Origin: Rhina ancylostomus
Lineage: Eukaryota
Assembly: GCA_030265395.1 (NCBI GenBank)
Contig: JARFYF010000017.1
Span: 27,371,701 to 27,435,700, forward strand
Length of the DNA stretch: 64,000 nucleotides
Reading direction: 5' to 3'
In this document: positions 38,040-51,912 of the stretch, piece by piece
How the letters are laid out: each line of letters starts with the position of its first letter
Position numbering within the stretch: the stretch's first letter is position 1
Translations under genes and position numbers: made by a program
The notes under the pieces: generated by a model
What the model was told of the DNA's origin: nothing
The model's input: the letters and a program-made list of their open reading frames with translations, nothing else
Databases searched by the model: none

Positions 38040-38560
38040 AGAATTGAACATGATGCTGAGAAGCCTCAAGTGTTACAACTTCACTGTTTATTTGAGAAAT
38101 GGAACAATTGGCAGCTCAAGCACAAAGGAAATTTACCTGGTTGTACAAATGAGCATGTGAGTCCTTTGCTACACATTCAGAGAAAATTGGATTCAAGACC
38201 TATCACACACTAATTTGGTATATCCATATGTAGAAATTGAGGGATAATTTCAATCCATAGCCATTTGAAGTAGGAGAAAGTCACATGTTTGGCAGGAGGA
38301 ATTAAAGAGCAGGAGAAAAAAGATAGGAAACATGCTGCAGCATTAAAGGATTTATCCAGATTTTGCAACTTCAGTGAATTCTTAAACTGTGTGCTTCAGA
38401 TTAGGTTTTTGTACGGCTTCAACAATAAACGGATACAGGTCAAACTGTTGAGCACACAGAATCTTAAGTTTGACTTAACTTGTGATCTCACTACCTGGAT
38501 GGAAATGGCAGCAATGACAAGGAATTCTGTCCATCATCCAACCCAATCATGATGGGCAGT
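38040..38560 (+). mobile_element. Gypsy-type gag remnant
   Basis: AAALKDLSRFCNFSEFLNCVLQIRFLYGFNNKRIQVKLLSTQNLKF resembles LxxLAxxCxFxxxLxxxLRDRFVCGLxxxxIQxKLLxxxxLTF. Confidence 0.8.
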
Positions 38561-38994
38561 CATAAGCTCCATTCCCAAAATAAGATCTACATCACGTAAG
38601 TGCAAGTTGCATGGATTGTCTCCACAGATACAATAGTAGTCACTGATTGTAGGTCTGCTCTTTTAATGAGGTATTCTCTTGGTAGTTTTGAAGAGAGAAG
38701 TTTCCATGATTGTTCGATACTTGTCGCAAACCTTCATTCAGCTAATTTTCTAAACAAATATCATGCAATATCACATTCTACCACAGGATTCACCCCAGCA
38801 GCTGTTAATGCATCAGGGACTCTGAACAAGTGCCAGTTTAATGCAGCCCAGCTTGAAGGAGAAAGTGGAGGGACAATAGTTAAAACAAAAGCAAAATTAT
38901 GATTCAGATCGTAACATTTCATTTGGACAAGACAAAGACAAGCAGTTCAAGCAAAATGAAAATTTTATGGTGTCAAGATCAATGAAAAAATACA

Positions 38995-39265
38995 TCAAAG
39001 TTCAAAGTTGAGTTTATTGTCATATTCACACATACAAGTATGCAGAGGTGCAATGAAAAACCTACTTGCATCAGCATCACAGGCACATAGTATCACATAA
39101 GCAGCATTCACAAGAAAATCATAAATTAAACATAAATTATGCACAATATTTACAAGAAAAAAACACAATTAGAACAAAAAGAAGTTCATTTTAGTGCAAA
39201 ATGATCAAATGGTCATAGCGTTGATAAACTGTAGTGATTAGGGTTTAGCTAGTTGGTTCAGAATT
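38995..39265 (-). mobile_element. LINE 3' UTR (probably Rex/Babar-type)
   Basis: aaagttgagtttattgtcat..gcaatgaaaaacctacttgca..agcatcacag; same family as 53803-53895. Confidence 0.6.
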
Positions 39266-39859
39266 TCAATGTTGGATATTGGTGAAGCAGTAAGTCTGCA
39301 GTACTAAACACTATTTCATTCAAACTGTAAGTCAGAAGTGTCCACATTGACCAAAGATTGCAGTGAGAGATATACTAGAGTGGATATAGAACCAATCACT
39401 TAAGACCGAAGTGAATTGAGTTAAGATAAGATACATTCTTTAGATCAAACAACATGTACACCAGAGAGCCAAACACAGTTAAGAAAATCTGAACATCTGA
39501 GAAAGCAAGTCAACAGATTGAACCTGTAATTACTCTAAAATGTGAAATACTCTTTCAAAGATGGATTGCAATACAACATGTGGTTGTATGTAAATGAGTT
39601 ATGTGGATCTGTCATGAGGATGTAAATAGATGTATGATGTAAGCTCTCACAATAGATGTTGTTGATCTTCAGTGAAGAGTTAACACAAGTTCAGACTTTC
39701 TTGTATCCCCAGAGTTCATTGACCAGCTCAACAATACAGGCATACAGATCAGCTCCCAACACATAGCAGGATTGTTCTTGGAGTAAGAAAAGTTGAGAGG
39801 AAATTTAATAGAGCTGTATAAGACCTTAAGAGGTTAAATTGGGTAACTAAAGAGAAACT

Positions 39860-40135
39860 GTCCCAGATTGCCCAGTAAACTGAGTGGTCCACAGCAGGTG
39901 GGTTAGAATGACATTTAGGCAGACTGGATGAGGATGGCAGATTTCTTCCCCAAAAGACACTAGTGAGGGAGATAAGTTTTTCACAACAACCTAGCGTTTA
40001 CATGTTTTTACTGAAAACAACAGTTTATCCTATATTAATTCAATTTCTCACAAGAGTCAAATTCAGGTCTCTGGATCAATGGTCCAGACCTTAAGGCATT
40101 TGTCTGGTAACTTAATCTCTATGCTATCATACCCA
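39860..40135 (-). mobile_element. LFSINE_Vert-like SINE between CR1 tail fragments
   Basis: gaggatggcagatttcttcccc..gacactagtga..aattcaggtctctgg..tggtccagacc, colinear with 17065-17425; CR1-like sequence at 39770-39860 and 40140-40290. Confidence 0.6.
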
Positions 40136-40876
40136 GTTGTGGTTTATAAGGGGGAATTGGTGAATATTTGATGGCAGAATGTGTGGAGAGCTTTGTGGAA
40201 GGAGCAGGGAAGGGGACTAACACAGTAGATCTGCAGCAGGCTCGCGGGCTAGAAGGGCCGAACAGACTCCTAAAGATACTATGGTTTTATGAAATGTTAT
40301 AATTACAGATAGAATCAAAACCACACCCACAACTTGAAGACTTTAGAATTGTTTAGTACTTCTGTCTGAGCAGCTAGCATTCTCATTCATTCAATAAACA
40401 AAGTGTCAAATCAACAATCATCATCATTCTAAAGAGGAAAGGTTGATAGGAAGGGTTTCTTTCCTGCTGTTAATCATGAGGTTCCCTGGCATGTTTGAAC
40501 TTTGCACTAGCTTTATGGCCATGGTCCAATTTGGCCAAACTCGTTCCAAATCATTTTGGAATGAGGATTGATGTCAATATCTGTTCACACATGCAACACA
40601 ATATCTACAACACAGTATTGCCCAAAGTAATTTGCCATTTGGCATGAATCATACTAAAAAAATGAGATCAAAATTCACCAATGCAAGCGGAAGCAAATAA
40701 GCCATGGTGGTAAATCAACCAGCAATATGGAGCCCTGTTTCATGAGCATAATTACTATCCATCTTAGAAGTAAGAGGCTTTGTTTAAATGATGTTTGGTT
40801 TGTCCAAATACCTATGGACCATAAAATATGAAAATAGCTTTCACAATTCCCCATTTTTGTATTATTGGTTACTCAC

Positions 40877-40939
40877 TGGCATTATATCTCCACATGGAAT
40901 CAAATAATAGTGGATTAACAACATACAATCTCAGATAGT
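40877..40939 (-). CDS. Candidate exon (63 nt, open only in phase 1 to 1: YLRLYVVNPLLFDSMWRYNA)
   Basis: Acceptor gacttcttgttctAG, donor CCA|GTGAGT; phase does not fit the main chain at this position. Confidence 0.25.
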
Positions 40940-42469
40940 CTAGAACAAGAAGTCAATGTTACCATAAAAGAGTGAGAATAGTTTTCCTAGCCATATGACC
41001 CTTCACTGAATGGAACTAATTTTCAGCTATGCCAAATGTACAAATTTCTGAAAGCAACATGATCATTGTATCTACAGACTTTTGTTCAAAATGGAGATGA
41101 TCTTGAATGTCTTTTCAATTATACGTATGTATTTATAATAGCTGTGTCCACCAAGGTTAACTTTCATTCCAGTTCCATGGTTCACTGATGCTTGAGTGGG
41201 CATTGGGATACAATGACATAAAATGTTTTCATTTGGAGTGTTTTTAAATGGTGACTGCGGTTAGATCTGAACCAGAGTAAAATGCTACATCTGCGATGTC
41301 ACAAGTACTACAGATTCATATGCACATAATTGCAATGTTATATATGTAATTCAAGTGTAAACAAATCACTTATAAGTTTTGCCAAGTTAATCTGGAATTA
41401 TTAATAAAATAATCTGTAGAGACCAATTGCATGTAAGGTTATTCTTTTTCACATGTGCCATGATTACTGTATTCACTACAGCTCTCTATCCCTGCAGACT
41501 AAGTCCTTTGAATAGCATTAATGATGACATAGCCTCTCACTGACAAAGTATTTCCTTAAGATGTGGCTTGATTCTACCTTCTTCCTAGCAACTCATCAGC
41601 TTAGTCTGGTTCCTCTATGTCTGTGGTTAGCAGGCTGACTACTCAACCAGCTGTAATTCAGAACTGCCATATAGGATCCATTAGCTGAATTCATTCTTTG
41701 GTTATATCTTTCTTTCTTTCTTCAGTCAAGATTTGACTGCACTGTACTTCTAAGGAAAAAGGTATTTTTCTGTTCTTCTTCTAGATATGCTGCTCTCAAA
41801 AGTTTCACTTGATGCTATTGTCCCCTCTCTGCCTCTCCTCCTGCAATGTTATAGGGTATATATTTCATTTTATGTCAGGGCCAAATCACTTCACTTCCCA
41901 AAGAGTTCAACACCAGTTTCTGTATTGCTTGATTTCTACATTTTTAAAAAAATGTAAAGAATCAAGACAGATTTTTAAATGAACTCTCCTGTCAATGTGA
42001 TGTCAGCATACTTGACAAGTCTGTAACCAGCTTGGATCATGTTATCTCCAGCTCCCAGTCATATACCCACTGTCTCCTGGAATAGTGCTTTAATTGATAT
42101 TGAATAGGAAGAACAAGATCAGGTGAATAAACAACAGTTATAAGTATCTGCAGATTAAGAATGAAAATAAATAAAATAAACTAAGAGTTGAAGATCTTGC
42201 CGAGCCCCAGATTTACATATTACAAATTAATGGTTAAAAATATGGAATGTAAGAGTGGATGCAAGAAATATATATCGAAAATGTTTGCAGTTGAAAATAA
42301 TTGCTCCAGGCTCAAATCCAGTAAGTACAAATTTTGCAGAAATATGTAATCAATTACAAATATTTCAAATTAAGTAAAATATTTTACTGTTGATAATTGC
42401 TGTAAAATTTGTATTTCTGGTTTGTTTGAAAGATTTTGGTAGACAATTGCATTCACCTAAATCACATTT

Positions 42470-42612
42470 ATTAAAAATCTGATGAAAAGCATGGATCTGA
42501 AACATTAGTTCATTTGTTGTTGTCTCTCCATAGATGCTGCTTGACCTGCTGAGTATTTCCAGCATTTTCTGTTTCATTTCAGGTGCCCAGCATCTGCAAA
42601 TTTTTGCTTTCC
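42470..42612 (+). mobile_element. Penelope-type terminal repeat
   Basis: gatgctgcttgacctgctgagtatttccagcattttctgtttcatttcag..cagcatctgc. Confidence 0.7.
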
Positions 42613-45509
42613 AATTTTTATTAGAGTCACAAGTTTGGATTCACATATAAAAACCTAAACTGGGATCATGAATTTTTCACAGACATAGTAATGTAATTCC
42701 TTCTGTAATTGGCTGTTTTTATATGCATGACACATATGCGAATGAGGTATGTGGTGAAGTTCAACTCTATTCAATCTCCAAAGAGAGGGTCCCTAGAAAA
42801 TTATACCATGGACAAGTAATTAGCACTCAATATGGGGCATGCACAATGAAGCATGCCTTAACACCAGGAACGTGTCATATGCTGACACCATTTAACAGGA
42901 TCATGTTGTCATCAGCTGGTGCAGAGACCACCATCCCACAGAGCTGAAGATATGTTGGAAGGGATGTTGAGAGTCTGGGGACATCTTAAGCTCAAGGTTG
43001 CCTTTCTCTGCTGATTGTTATGGGTGTGGTAGTGGCTGAAAGGAGCAAGAGGAAAGGGCAAGGAAAACTTCCAGAGAAGCCTGAAAGAGGAAACACATGA
43101 GGGCTCAAATCAAGCAAAGCTATCCCAGCAGAATCAGAGGCGTCTTACTCAGGCTGTTAAGCAGGCCAGACAATGCCCCAAGCATCTCCTTGGCACATTC
43201 AATATTCTCCATGGCAGAGGTGGAGTGTTGCTTTGGCAAGGAGTATTTCCAGGGTATTTGATGGGAGAAAGGACCAGGTGTAAGGTCATGCTCAGAGGAT
43301 GTGCAGGGAGGAATGGACCACTTGGATGTTACCTGGAAGACAAGACTGGAGGATAAGAGAGGCTTGTCATGAGAGAAGAAGGATTTGATGTGAGTCCACC
43401 ATCAACCTTAGTAGTCTCCACTGATGGCCACTGGCTCTTTGGCAGCCAGACCCCTCTTCTAAATGGCTGAGCCGTTATGGACCCCCACCCCCTCCCACCC
43501 CCAATGCCCTCTAACACAAGCTATATTCTGCTGCAAGAGAGAGGGTTTNNNNNNNNNNNNNNNNNNNNNNNNNNNNNNNNNNNNNNNNNNNNNNNNNNNN
43601 NNNNNNNNNNNNNNNNNNNNNNNNNNNNNNNNNNNNNNNNNNNNNNNNTTAGCGATTGCATTATAATCTGCCCACCTGGCTTAAATAGCAGTGTGTACGG
43701 TGAAAGATCTGTGAGAATGTTGGAATCTGTGAAATGTTTTGCTTAAAATGTAATAGCTACTGGATGAGGTTTGCTGCAATATCATCCATGCACTGAACAT
43801 TTGTTTGAGTTCATTAAACCTCCTGTGTCACTGGAATCAAGTCCTCAGTGCATCACTGCAGGTATTTTCCTTTTGCCATCTCCTCCCTCTGGTGTTTTCT
43901 TTCTGTCCTCAGGTGCTGAAAGGTCTGCTTAGAATGCAAGGCTTTGCTGTTTCACCAGTCCTCAGCACTACCAAACCAGAGCACCCAATCCTGTACCTGT
44001 ACTGTCATAACTACTCAGTGAGATACCCAAGCTGCACAATAACTTCTAGAGGTAGTTAGATTCAGTGGTCACCTCTCCTTTAGCATATGAAAGCATGGCA
44101 TCAGACATTGCTAGTGCTTTCTGCAGGTGCATTGAACTCCCAAAATTGTTTGTGTTNNNNNNNNNNTTTGCTACCTCTAATGGGAAACGATTGTAATTCC
44201 TATCTCCCATGGGTGAAATACAAGCATGAAATACCCACATAAGATCCAGTAGGTTTAGCAACAAGTAAAGAAGAACAATTAAAGCTAAAGTAATCTTAAC
44301 GAGATTCTTCACTGAAAAAGCTTTCTTATCAGCAACAATTCTGTTTGAAAGAAAATGTATGCCTAGAAATTCATTTGGTGTTAATGGTGCTAAATGCACT
44401 CCACAGTAGCAACAGTATATTGTACTCTGTCTTTGGAATTCAGTTCCTTGGACTTTAATGCAAGTGAATTTCAGAGACAGAGTACATTGTGCAGTGACTA
44501 ATAACTACTGCATTTAGTCTACTGACGAGACATGAATTTCCAGACAATCAAGTTTCTAATAATGAAGGTACCTCGTGTTTATAAATTTTAGACAATTCAT
44601 GTTACTTTTAATCTAAATCAGTAATTATAAACACCTGGTTGCTTTATATTGCCCTGATAGCTAAACTAGCTAACACACATACAACACCCAAAAGAGAAAC
44701 TATTGGATCATAAAAAAAGACTTATATTTTATAACAATTCATTTCACATGCACTGTGCCTCTATTTCATATTTTAGATCATGTGATGGGGAGGAGATAAT
44801 GGTTTCCTTAATTCCTTCATAAAATACATGTTCTTGACTCTTTACCCTTTTTATGAAGGAAAATAATAGTTTATCTTATAATAAAGTATGAGCTATATTT
44901 CAGTAGAAGGGATACATATTTTTCAACATCTTCAACAAGTCTAAGATATATTTGCAAATTCTATCTTATTGCAAAGAACAACACATCACCTGATGTGCAT
45001 CTCTACTTTATTTAATTAGTAGTAATTTGGTGGCTTTTTATTTAACTACTATTTTTTTAAAAAACCTTATCTGTTCATATCTGCTATTAACCCACAGGGG
45101 TTGCAACACTTTTTATTGTTACAATGTTTTGCATTTCTTATTGCAGAGAACAGAAAATGATCATAGCTATCTCATCTGTTCAAGGATTTCTGATTATAGA
45201 AGAACTGGCCAAAATAAATTAGCTCAATGATATTCAATCCTGTCATAGCTTCTGATATACTTCAACATGTTCTCATTTATTCAGTTCACTAATATCAGGT
45301 ACAACTTGTAGTAAATGTTAAGTTAGAGGACATGTCATGCGGGGCAGGGCACGTTTCTGGTGGTGGAATTGGGGAAATAGTGAGAGTGTGAATCAGTAGG
45401 AAACTCCTGAAGTTGATTTGCATGATGCTCAGGCAATTTTAACTACCGGGTCCTATTTCTATTTTACTCATGGACAGCCATCCAATAACATTGTAAGGAA
45501 ATGAATAAG

Positions 45510-46190
45510 GTCCAGAATAGAAGAAAGTTAGGCATGAGATGAATTAAAGTGATAGCCTCTTCTTCTCTGGAAATTGAGTCGGAATTAACTATTACGAAGA
45601 GTGCAGCAGGTTCATGAAATTCAGGAAGTTAATTTGCATATATAACAAGCAATTCAGAAGGCAAAAGGAATGTTGGGCTTTATTGCATGTTATTGGAAAA
45701 TAAGACTACTGCAATTGTACAGGGTGAGATCATACCTGTAGTATTCTCTTTAGTTTTGGTCTCTGCTTTGGAAAGAGTGCAAAAAGTATTCCCCATAATA
45801 ATTCCTGGGAAGATAGGATATTAGAATATGAGAAAAAATTGAATAAGATTTGCTTATGTTCATCAGAATTTGGAAGAACCAGAAGTGATCCTGAAAGGGA
45901 CCAACAGGCTAAGGTGATGCAAGACTTTGCCTAGAGAGTTTAGAACATTCTTGGGATAAGGGACTGACCACTTAAAAGCTGCAATGAAGTGAAATCTCTT
46001 TAGTCAGTGGGTGGTTATCTTTATGCAAACTGAATGCTCAGTTGCTGTACTGTTTGAAAGTTTAGTTCAATTAACTTTTGGAGTTTTGCAGTATCAAGGG
46101 ATATGGGGAATGTACTGCAAAGTAGCCAGATTCAGAATAAGTCATGAACTAGGCTGTTTGGTGTAAATCTGTTCTTATATCCTTGTCTAT
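45510..46190 (+). mobile_element. CR1 3' fragment
   Basis: aaggcaaaaggaatgttgggctttattgc, ctgcaattgtacaggg, ttggaaagagtgcaaa, atcaagggatatgggg. Confidence 0.75.
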
Positions 46191-46225
46191 CAGAAAGTCA
46201 CTAGAAACTCACCACCTTGAATTTT

Positions 46226-46515
46226 GAAGAAGAGTCCTGAGCCGAAACATTGAACGCCTGCTTTTCTCCACAGATGCTGCCTGGCCTGCTGAGTTCCTCC
46301 AGCATCATCATGTTTTTCATCTAGATTCCAGNNNNNNNNNNNNNNNNNNNNNNNNNNNNNNNNNNNNNNNNNNNNNNNNNNNNNNNNNNNNNNNNNNNNN
46401 NNNNNNNNNNNNNNNNNNNNNNNNNNNNNNNATGCTGCCTGGCCTGCTGAGTTCCTCCAGCATCATCATGTTTTTCATCTAGATTCCAGCATCTGCAGTC
46501 CTTTGTTTATTTCTT
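46226..46515 (+). mobile_element. Young Penelope-type short insertion with 12-bp TSD accttgaatttt
   Basis: Direct repeat at 46214-46225 and 46516-46527; the internal duplication around the N gap is probably an assembly overlap. Confidence 0.8.
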
Positions 46516-47431
46516 ACCTTGAATTTTAACCTACTTTATTGAGAAGGTAATGACATTTACTCAGAACCAGATGGGGTTCTCTTCACATGTTAATATCCAA
46601 TCACTAAGCCTTGTGTGGAATTTCAACTAATGAAGAAAGTGGCGAAGTTGCTATACATCACCCATCAACAATGAAAATGGGAAGAAAGGTCAAGACAAGA
46701 GAGGCTAAAACAGTTATTCTTTATTTTGCTGCTTCTTTGTTAAGCCAGGAGGAGCAAGGAGAAAATTCAGGACATCCATGCCACCAATTTGCCATCATTC
46801 ATCAGTTTCTGAACAAAAGTGTCTTAAAGGTGGCCCCTGGAGATGTTATTGATATTTGCTTGGTATCAACCAACAACCTCCATCCCTAATGCAGATGCAT
46901 TTCAGTAAGGCCTGGAAGTAAAGCCTGGAAATAGCTCAGGTTTTACCTCTGGAGTTATGGGCAAGTTTCCAATTCATCTTGTGATCCATCAACCCAAAAC
47001 CTTTCCACAATTAAAATTGGGGCCAAAGTCTTTGAGAAAATACTGCAGGATAACATAAGGAATCTAGTTCCCTCCTCTACGATCCAACATATTGAGGACA
47101 GCTTTTAGCCACTGTGGGGTAATCAATTATGAATATTTCCTTGTAAGTTGTTTTGTTACATCTCTCTCCTCCCTTCAGAAATCCATCTTAATTTATTTTT
47201 CTGACCCCCAAGTCTTTGATCACCATCACTGAAATCTGGTCTTAATTCAGACACGATCATGTTTGTTTGTTAAGGGCCTACGGACATTTCATTTTGTTGA
47301 AGGCACTATGTAAGTTGAAGATGTTGTAAGCTAGAAGGATAGGGATTTAAAATGTCAGTTTGTCATAAAAATATTTTATTATTATTTACAAAAGAGCTTT
47401 CTGTTTTGTTCTTGTTTTCAGGCATACTTAC

Positions 47432-47461
47432 CATCATGTTGTCCTTTTCATGTAATATATC
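47432..47461 (-). other. Candidate 30-nt micro-exon (phase 2: IYYMKRTT-TGA; phase 0: DILHEKDNMM)
   Basis: Acceptor gaccttacAG, donor ATG|GTAAGT, about 780 nt downstream of exon 48244-48402. Confidence 0.3.
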
Positions 47462-48243
47462 CTGTAAGGTCACACAGCAGAGATTTATGGGCTTGGCTTG
47501 AAAGGAACATTTAACATGCTTCCCCCATCATTCATTAAAAGATATAATAGTTGAAAAAGACAATATGGCACTGTCTTAGTGAACCAACAAGGAAAATATG
47601 GTTACAATAAGTAATCAAAAAAATGTAAATTTATAACAAATATATATGACCTTTAAATGACGATTACAAATACTTTCTCTCGATCTATAACATTTTTTTG
47701 ATGATTATATACTTATAAAAAGCATTTTGTTTGGTTTGAAATTAAGTGTTTCCTCATCTTAGCTCTGCTTGGCTCACAGCTGCAGCACCACATTTCCCAT
47801 CAATAATAAACACTCAACAGCTTTGGAGACTGTCTTTCTTCACTGGCACAAATTTAACATTTATTTGTTTGTTGTATTATGTGACCCTATGGTCTTTTAC
47901 AGTAAAAAAAAACCACTAAAATTCACTTAAATTTATTTTCCTGATCTTTCGAGGACCATATCATAATGAATGAACTAATACAGCAGCTGGTATTTGAATA
48001 GTGGCAGGATGATGCATTGTTTTCCAGTATCAATATGCAATGCCACTATTCAATACAATGATTTACTTTGATATATGTCAGGAATACCTTCAGGGATACA
48101 TTACATAATAATGAATAGAAGCTTGTCCAATGCAGTGAGAAATTTATAATTTATATATGGATATAAAATTATTAAATGTGAAGATTGGCTAAAATCTATT
48201 TAAACCAGTTTTGCAGCATTTTGTGAAAGTAGGTTATACCTAC

Positions 48244-48402
48244 CTTGAATCTGTAGTATTGTGACCTCCATTACAAGGTCCTTCTTTCTGCACGTGTGAT
48301 CTGTGCCATAAATCTACACATTGAACAATTATCCACAGAATACTAAAACTTCTTACACGGACAACTCTTGTCACATCTTTCTCAAATGTAGAAAATAAAA
48401 TC
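48244..48402 (-). CDS. Internal coding exon (159 nt, phase 2 to 2): ILFSTFEKDVTRVVRVRSFSILWIIVQCVDLWHRSHVQKEGPCNGGHNTTDS
   Basis: Acceptor ctcttgtattactgcAG, donor AAG|GTAGGT, length a multiple of 3, one fully open frame in a very AT-rich context. Confidence 0.7.
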
Positions 48403-49449
48403 CTGCAGTAATACAAGAGCTTCCTTTTCTTATATTAGCTTTTTATGTAAATAGACAGTAATATGTGATTAAGTAAATATTTTAATGCTGGGTTTGTCTT
48501 GCTGTACATTAAGTGGAACTATGCCATTAACTTTAACAGCATCATTCAATTATTTTCCTTATTTATGTTACCGATTAAGAAATTTGGTTTAAAAAAGACA
48601 GATAATGCAGTTTCCATGACAGATTGTCCAATTGCAGCTTCATATTAGTGTTTCATTTTATTGTTCATACTAAATTGATTTCTTTGCATTAGTTTTGCTG
48701 CTTCCCCTATAACCAACAGACAAATGGACAAAGGGAATATAATACATTTCTCAAATTGACATTGTTTATGTTGAAGTTAACAATGTTTAAGAAAAATATC
48801 TGGAAAACTTTCTCACGTACTTTGAGGATTTAAGACTCAACAAGTCTATGTAATCTGTATTTCATAATTAACAAATATTCCAAACTCAACTAACCACACG
48901 TTAGCATGGGGATAAGATGCCATTTTCAATGCAGTTCCATTCTTTTATATCCAAAAGACTGGAATGAAATGACTTGCATATGAATTTAATATGCACAGAG
49001 CATGTGTGAAATTCATTTAGAAGCTAACCGTGTAAAATATAATTTGGTATATTATTAAATTTAAAGCCACTCTTCTTATATAATTCTTATAGACAGTTAT
49101 GGTGCAGGGATTTGATCTGTGTTCTTATTTGATTCTCATCACCTCCACCTAAAACGGTGCATAATACTGTAAATGTAAAGTTGCAGCAACATTTGGGATA
49201 CCATTTGGTACAGTCTTGCAACATTAGTGATGTACTCTGGTACAGTATAATTTCAGTTATAGCAGGACTTACTATTTAACATTCATCTTTTATAGCCTAA
49301 GAAGAACTAACAATAGTCCATTGAACTGCCTTTCCATGATTGTTCCTTTCAGCTCTTTTCCATTATTGTTAATTCTCCCAACATTGAAGGCCACTAGGAA
49401 GAGTTCTTTGGGCTCTCACAGGTAGCTAAGTTTGAAGCTTCATCTTTCC

Positions 49450-49913
49450 ATTCATTGTTAGGATGGTGTGTGGCTTGGTGGGCAACATCCAGGTGGCGGT
49501 GCTCCAATACTTTTCCCATACATCTCTTGTCCTTCTAACTGGTGGAGGTCCTGGGTTTGAAAGGTGGCTTGGTAAGTTCCAGCAGTGCATCCTGTAGATA
49601 GTACAGACTGCTGCTGCTGTGTGTTGGTGGTGGAGTGAGTGAATGGTTGTGTATGGGGAGTTAATCAGGGTGCTATATCCCATATTGTGACAAGCTTCTT
49701 CAGCTTTGTTGGAGCTACACTCATCCAGGCAAGTGGAGAGTATTCCATCACACTTCTGACTTAAGTCTTGTAGATGGTGGACAGACTTTGGGGACTTAGG
49801 AGGTGAGTTACTCACCCCAGGATTCCTTGCCTCTGACTGGCTTTTGTAGCCACATTGAGGATATGGCTACTCTAATTCAGATTCTGATCACAAGTAACCC
49901 CCAGGATACTCTA

Positions 49914-49945
<32 letters not shown>

Positions 49946-51750
49946 CACGTGTATGGGGGAAGGGGAATTCAGTGATGGTAATAACTGTATTTTCTGTTGT
50001 TGGATTGTCATTGCCTGCCAATTGTGTGGTGTGAGTGTTACTTGTCACCTATCAGCCCAGGCCTGGAAATTGTCCAAGTCTTACTGCATTTGGTTTATCA
50101 GTGAACATTCTTACTTCTGACCTTATAACCGAAGGAAGGAGGTCATTGATGAAGACAATTGGCCTAGGACACTATCCTGAGGAACTCCTGCAGAGATGCC
50201 CTGTGGCTGAGATAATTGACCTCCAACCACCACAAGTGTCTTCCTTTGTTCTGGGTATGATTCCAATGAGTAGAGTGTTTTCCACTTGATTCCCTTTGAC
50301 TCTGATTCAGTTGATCAAACTCTGCCTTGATGTCAAGAGCAGTTACTCTCACTACACTCTTTTGTACATGTTTGGACTAAGGCTGTAATGAGATCAGGAG
50401 CTGAAGGAATCTGGTGGAACCCAAAATGAGCTTCTGTGAGCAAGTCGTTGCTAGGCAAGTGCTGCTTGACAGCATTACTGATCATCCCTTCCGTCACTTT
50501 GTTGATGATTGAGAGTAGACTAATGGGACGGTAACAGGCTGGGTTGGATTTGTCCTGCTTCTTGTGGACAGGACATCCTGGCAATTTTCCACATTGTTGG
50601 GTAGATGCCAGTGTTGTAGATATACTGGAACAGCTTGGCCAAGTGTGCACAAGTTCTGGAGCACAGGTCTTCAGTACTATTGCCAGAATGTTGTCAGGGC
50701 CCATAGCATTTGCTGTATCCAATGCCTTGAGCTGTTTCTTGATATCACGTAGAATACATCAAATTGGATGAAGACCGGCACCTATCATGCTGGGGACCTC
50801 TGGAGGAGGTCGTAATGGATCATCCACTTGGCACTTCTGACTGAAGGTTCTGGCAGGTGTCTCAGCTTTCTCTTTCACACTGATGTTCTGAGCTCCCCCA
50901 TCATTGAGAATGAGGATATTTGTGAAGCCTGCTCCCTCAGTGACTTGCTTAATAGTCCACCACCATTCACAACTGCATGTGGCAGAACTTAGATCTGATC
51001 CGTTAGTTGTGGGACCACTTAGCTCTGTCTACTGCATGCTGTTTATGTTGTTTGGCAGCTTGTAGCTTCACCAGATTGATTCCTCATCCTGAGGTAGGTG
51101 TGGTGCTACTCCAGGCATGCCCTCCTACACTCTAACCATCTGGTTTGATGGTGATGTTGAGTGAGGCATGTGCCAGTCCATGAGATTGCAGATTGTGGTT
51201 GAGTACAATTCTGCTGATGGCCCACAGCACCTCCTGGATCCGCAGTCCTAAGTTGCTAGATCTGTTCACAGTCTACCCCAGTTAGCATGATGGTAATGCC
51301 CCATAACACAAGTAAGTGTATCACACTGTGAAGACAGGATTTTGTCTCCACAACAACTGTGTGGTAGTCACTCCTCCTGATAGTGTCGTGGACAGATGCA
51401 CCTGTGACAGGTAGATTGGCGAGGACGAGATCAAGAACATTTTTCCCTCGTTGGCTCCCTCACCACCTACTGCAGACCCAGTGCAGTAGCAATGTCCCTT
51501 ATCACTTAGCCAGCGAAATCAGTAGTGGTCTTTCTGAGCCACTTTTGGTGACGGACGTTGAAATCCCTTACCACCCAGGGTACATTCTGCAACTTTGCCA
51601 CTCTCAATGCTTCCCCAAGTGGTGTTCTACATGGAGTACTGTTGATTCATCAGCACGGGGGGTGGGGGGTGCTGTCGGTTGGTGGTAATCAGCAGAAGGT
51701 TTACTTGCCTGTTTAATCTGATGCCATGAGATTTCCTGGGATCTGGAGTC
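49450..51750 (-). mobile_element. CR1-clade LINE ORF2 remnant (about 2.3 kb)
   Basis: AMGPDNILAIVLKTCAPEL, PVHKKQDKSNPACYRPISLLSII, HFGFHQIPSAPDLITALVQT, RVTALDIKAEFD in the ORF track. Confidence 0.92.
49914..49946. repeat. (TG)13 microsatellite with adjacent (CG)n
   Basis: Directly visible, inside the LINE. Confidence 0.95.
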
Positions 51751-51759
51751 AATGCTGAG

Positions 51760-51912
51760 CATGTGCAGTATTTGTGTCTTTTTGCGTTAACAACCAACAC
51801 AGTCTGAGAAAGTGGTGGGGGCAGCCGGCAAGTCTCGCCATTCTTCTGGCACCAGCATAGCATGCCCACAACTTCCTAGTCCATACGTCTTTTGGAATGT
51901 GGGAGGAAACCT
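51760..51912 (-). mobile_element. V-SINE 3' half (family of 33120-33402)
   Basis: gggggcagccggcaagt..catgcccacaacttccta..tggaatgtgggaggaaacc is the reverse complement of the 33120 element. Confidence 0.8.

Noticed and set aside
46273-46490. Apparent internal tandem duplication in the short element
   Set aside because: Flanks a 100-N gap with identical sequence; most likely overlap
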